Source of the DNA: Octopus sinensis
Taxonomy: Eukaryota
Length of the DNA stretch: 64,000 nucleotides
Assembly: GCF_006345805.1 (NCBI RefSeq)
Contig: NC_043025.1
Coordinates: 1,922,001 to 1,986,000, forward strand
Direction: 5' to 3'
Part shown: in pieces, positions 63,264-64,000 of the stretch
Numbering within the stretch: position 1 is the stretch's first letter
Layout: each line of letters opens with the position of its first letter
Position numbers and translations under genes: made by a program
Notes under the pieces: model-generated
Told to the model about the DNA's origin: nothing
Database searches by the model: none
The model's input: the letters and a program-made list of their open reading frames with translations, nothing else

Positions 63264-64000
63264 TTGTTGTCAATGGATTCTATATCAAACGTGGGAAAAT
63301 ACGTGGGAGCAACACATGTAAACATGAGTGGAACATTACGATCCATCAACACCAGATCATCCCCGAACCCAAACACCATGTACAAAAGAACTACGAAGAA
63401 ATTAAATAACACCGTTATTATTCAACCCAAGAATAACAATCGGGAAGTACGTACTTTAAACTTACAACATAAAATGTACGAAAGACGACACGTGCAAAAC
63501 AATGTGACGACAGAAATGAACGGACCGGTACCCTACGAAAATGACGACCGTCAAAATAATGGGCCGGACGTTGTTCCTTATGTTCCCCAAATAAAACCCA
63601 AAAGACATAAATGGACATTTGAGGAATACATTTCTATCCTACACGCTCCGTTTACAGCAGTGCTCTACCCAGAGAATGAAAACACAACAACACATACATA
63701 TAAAATATGGAAGAAAAATAACATAAATATAGACTTGGATACAGCAATGAACCCTAATAAACTAGCCAACGTACGAAGATATATTCTCAACGCAAAAAAA
63801 ATATCAGAAATAGAAATAGAACATTTAAAAGAAAAAATACATCAGTAAAATGTAGATAGAAGCCACACAACAATGCCCAATAATATAAACACTGAAACAG
63901 TAAAACACGAAGACAAACGTAACATTTCCAACAAAAACGATGTAAACAAAAAAACAACAAACCCAGACCGTAAGGATGCATAATAATACCCGACAAACAG
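63264..64000 (+). mobile_element. 5' region of an R4/Dong-clade LINE ORF (Myb-like N-terminal domain); runs off the window
   Basis: KRHKWTFEEYISIL...YKIWKK...PNKLANVRRYILNAKKISEIEIEHLK resembles the R4-type RxKWTxEE...W....LA.Q.R.I.....SE.EL motif; premature stop at 63848. Confidence 0.65.

Overview
Repeat-saturated, AT-rich eukaryotic DNA, most likely intronic or intergenic sequence of an Octopus species. That assignment is inferred from the tRNA-derived SINE families and the very high (TA)n/(CA)n/(CAT)n density. No host protein-coding gene can be supported, and most ORFs in the track are microsatellite translation artefacts. Real coding sequence comes from mobile elements. There are three Penelope-like elements (PLEs): an uninterrupted but 5'-truncated RT+GIY-YIG ORF at 50719-52495 (-), a decayed one at 31094-32445 (+), and a Naiad-like one at 19798-21092 (-). 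There are also three pieces of R4/Dong-clade LINEs, an RTE-type LINE 3' end with a probable TSD, a Tc1 pseudogene with DD36E spacing, mariner fragments/MITEs, a Helitron-like non-autonomous element and many SINEs. Larger structure includes a ~9 kb-period segmental duplication, a 1.38 kb tandem duplication and a 100-N gap. The most striking pattern is a dense set of minimal type-I hammerhead ribozyme motifs from several sequence families. Many sit in divergent inverted repeats next to (TA)n, and some carry shared core variants (U4C, A6U) or have no stem III loop. The 3' region of the intact PLE also holds a five-unit CRE-N12-CCAAT array. All structure parses were done by eye and need computational and biochemical confirmation.
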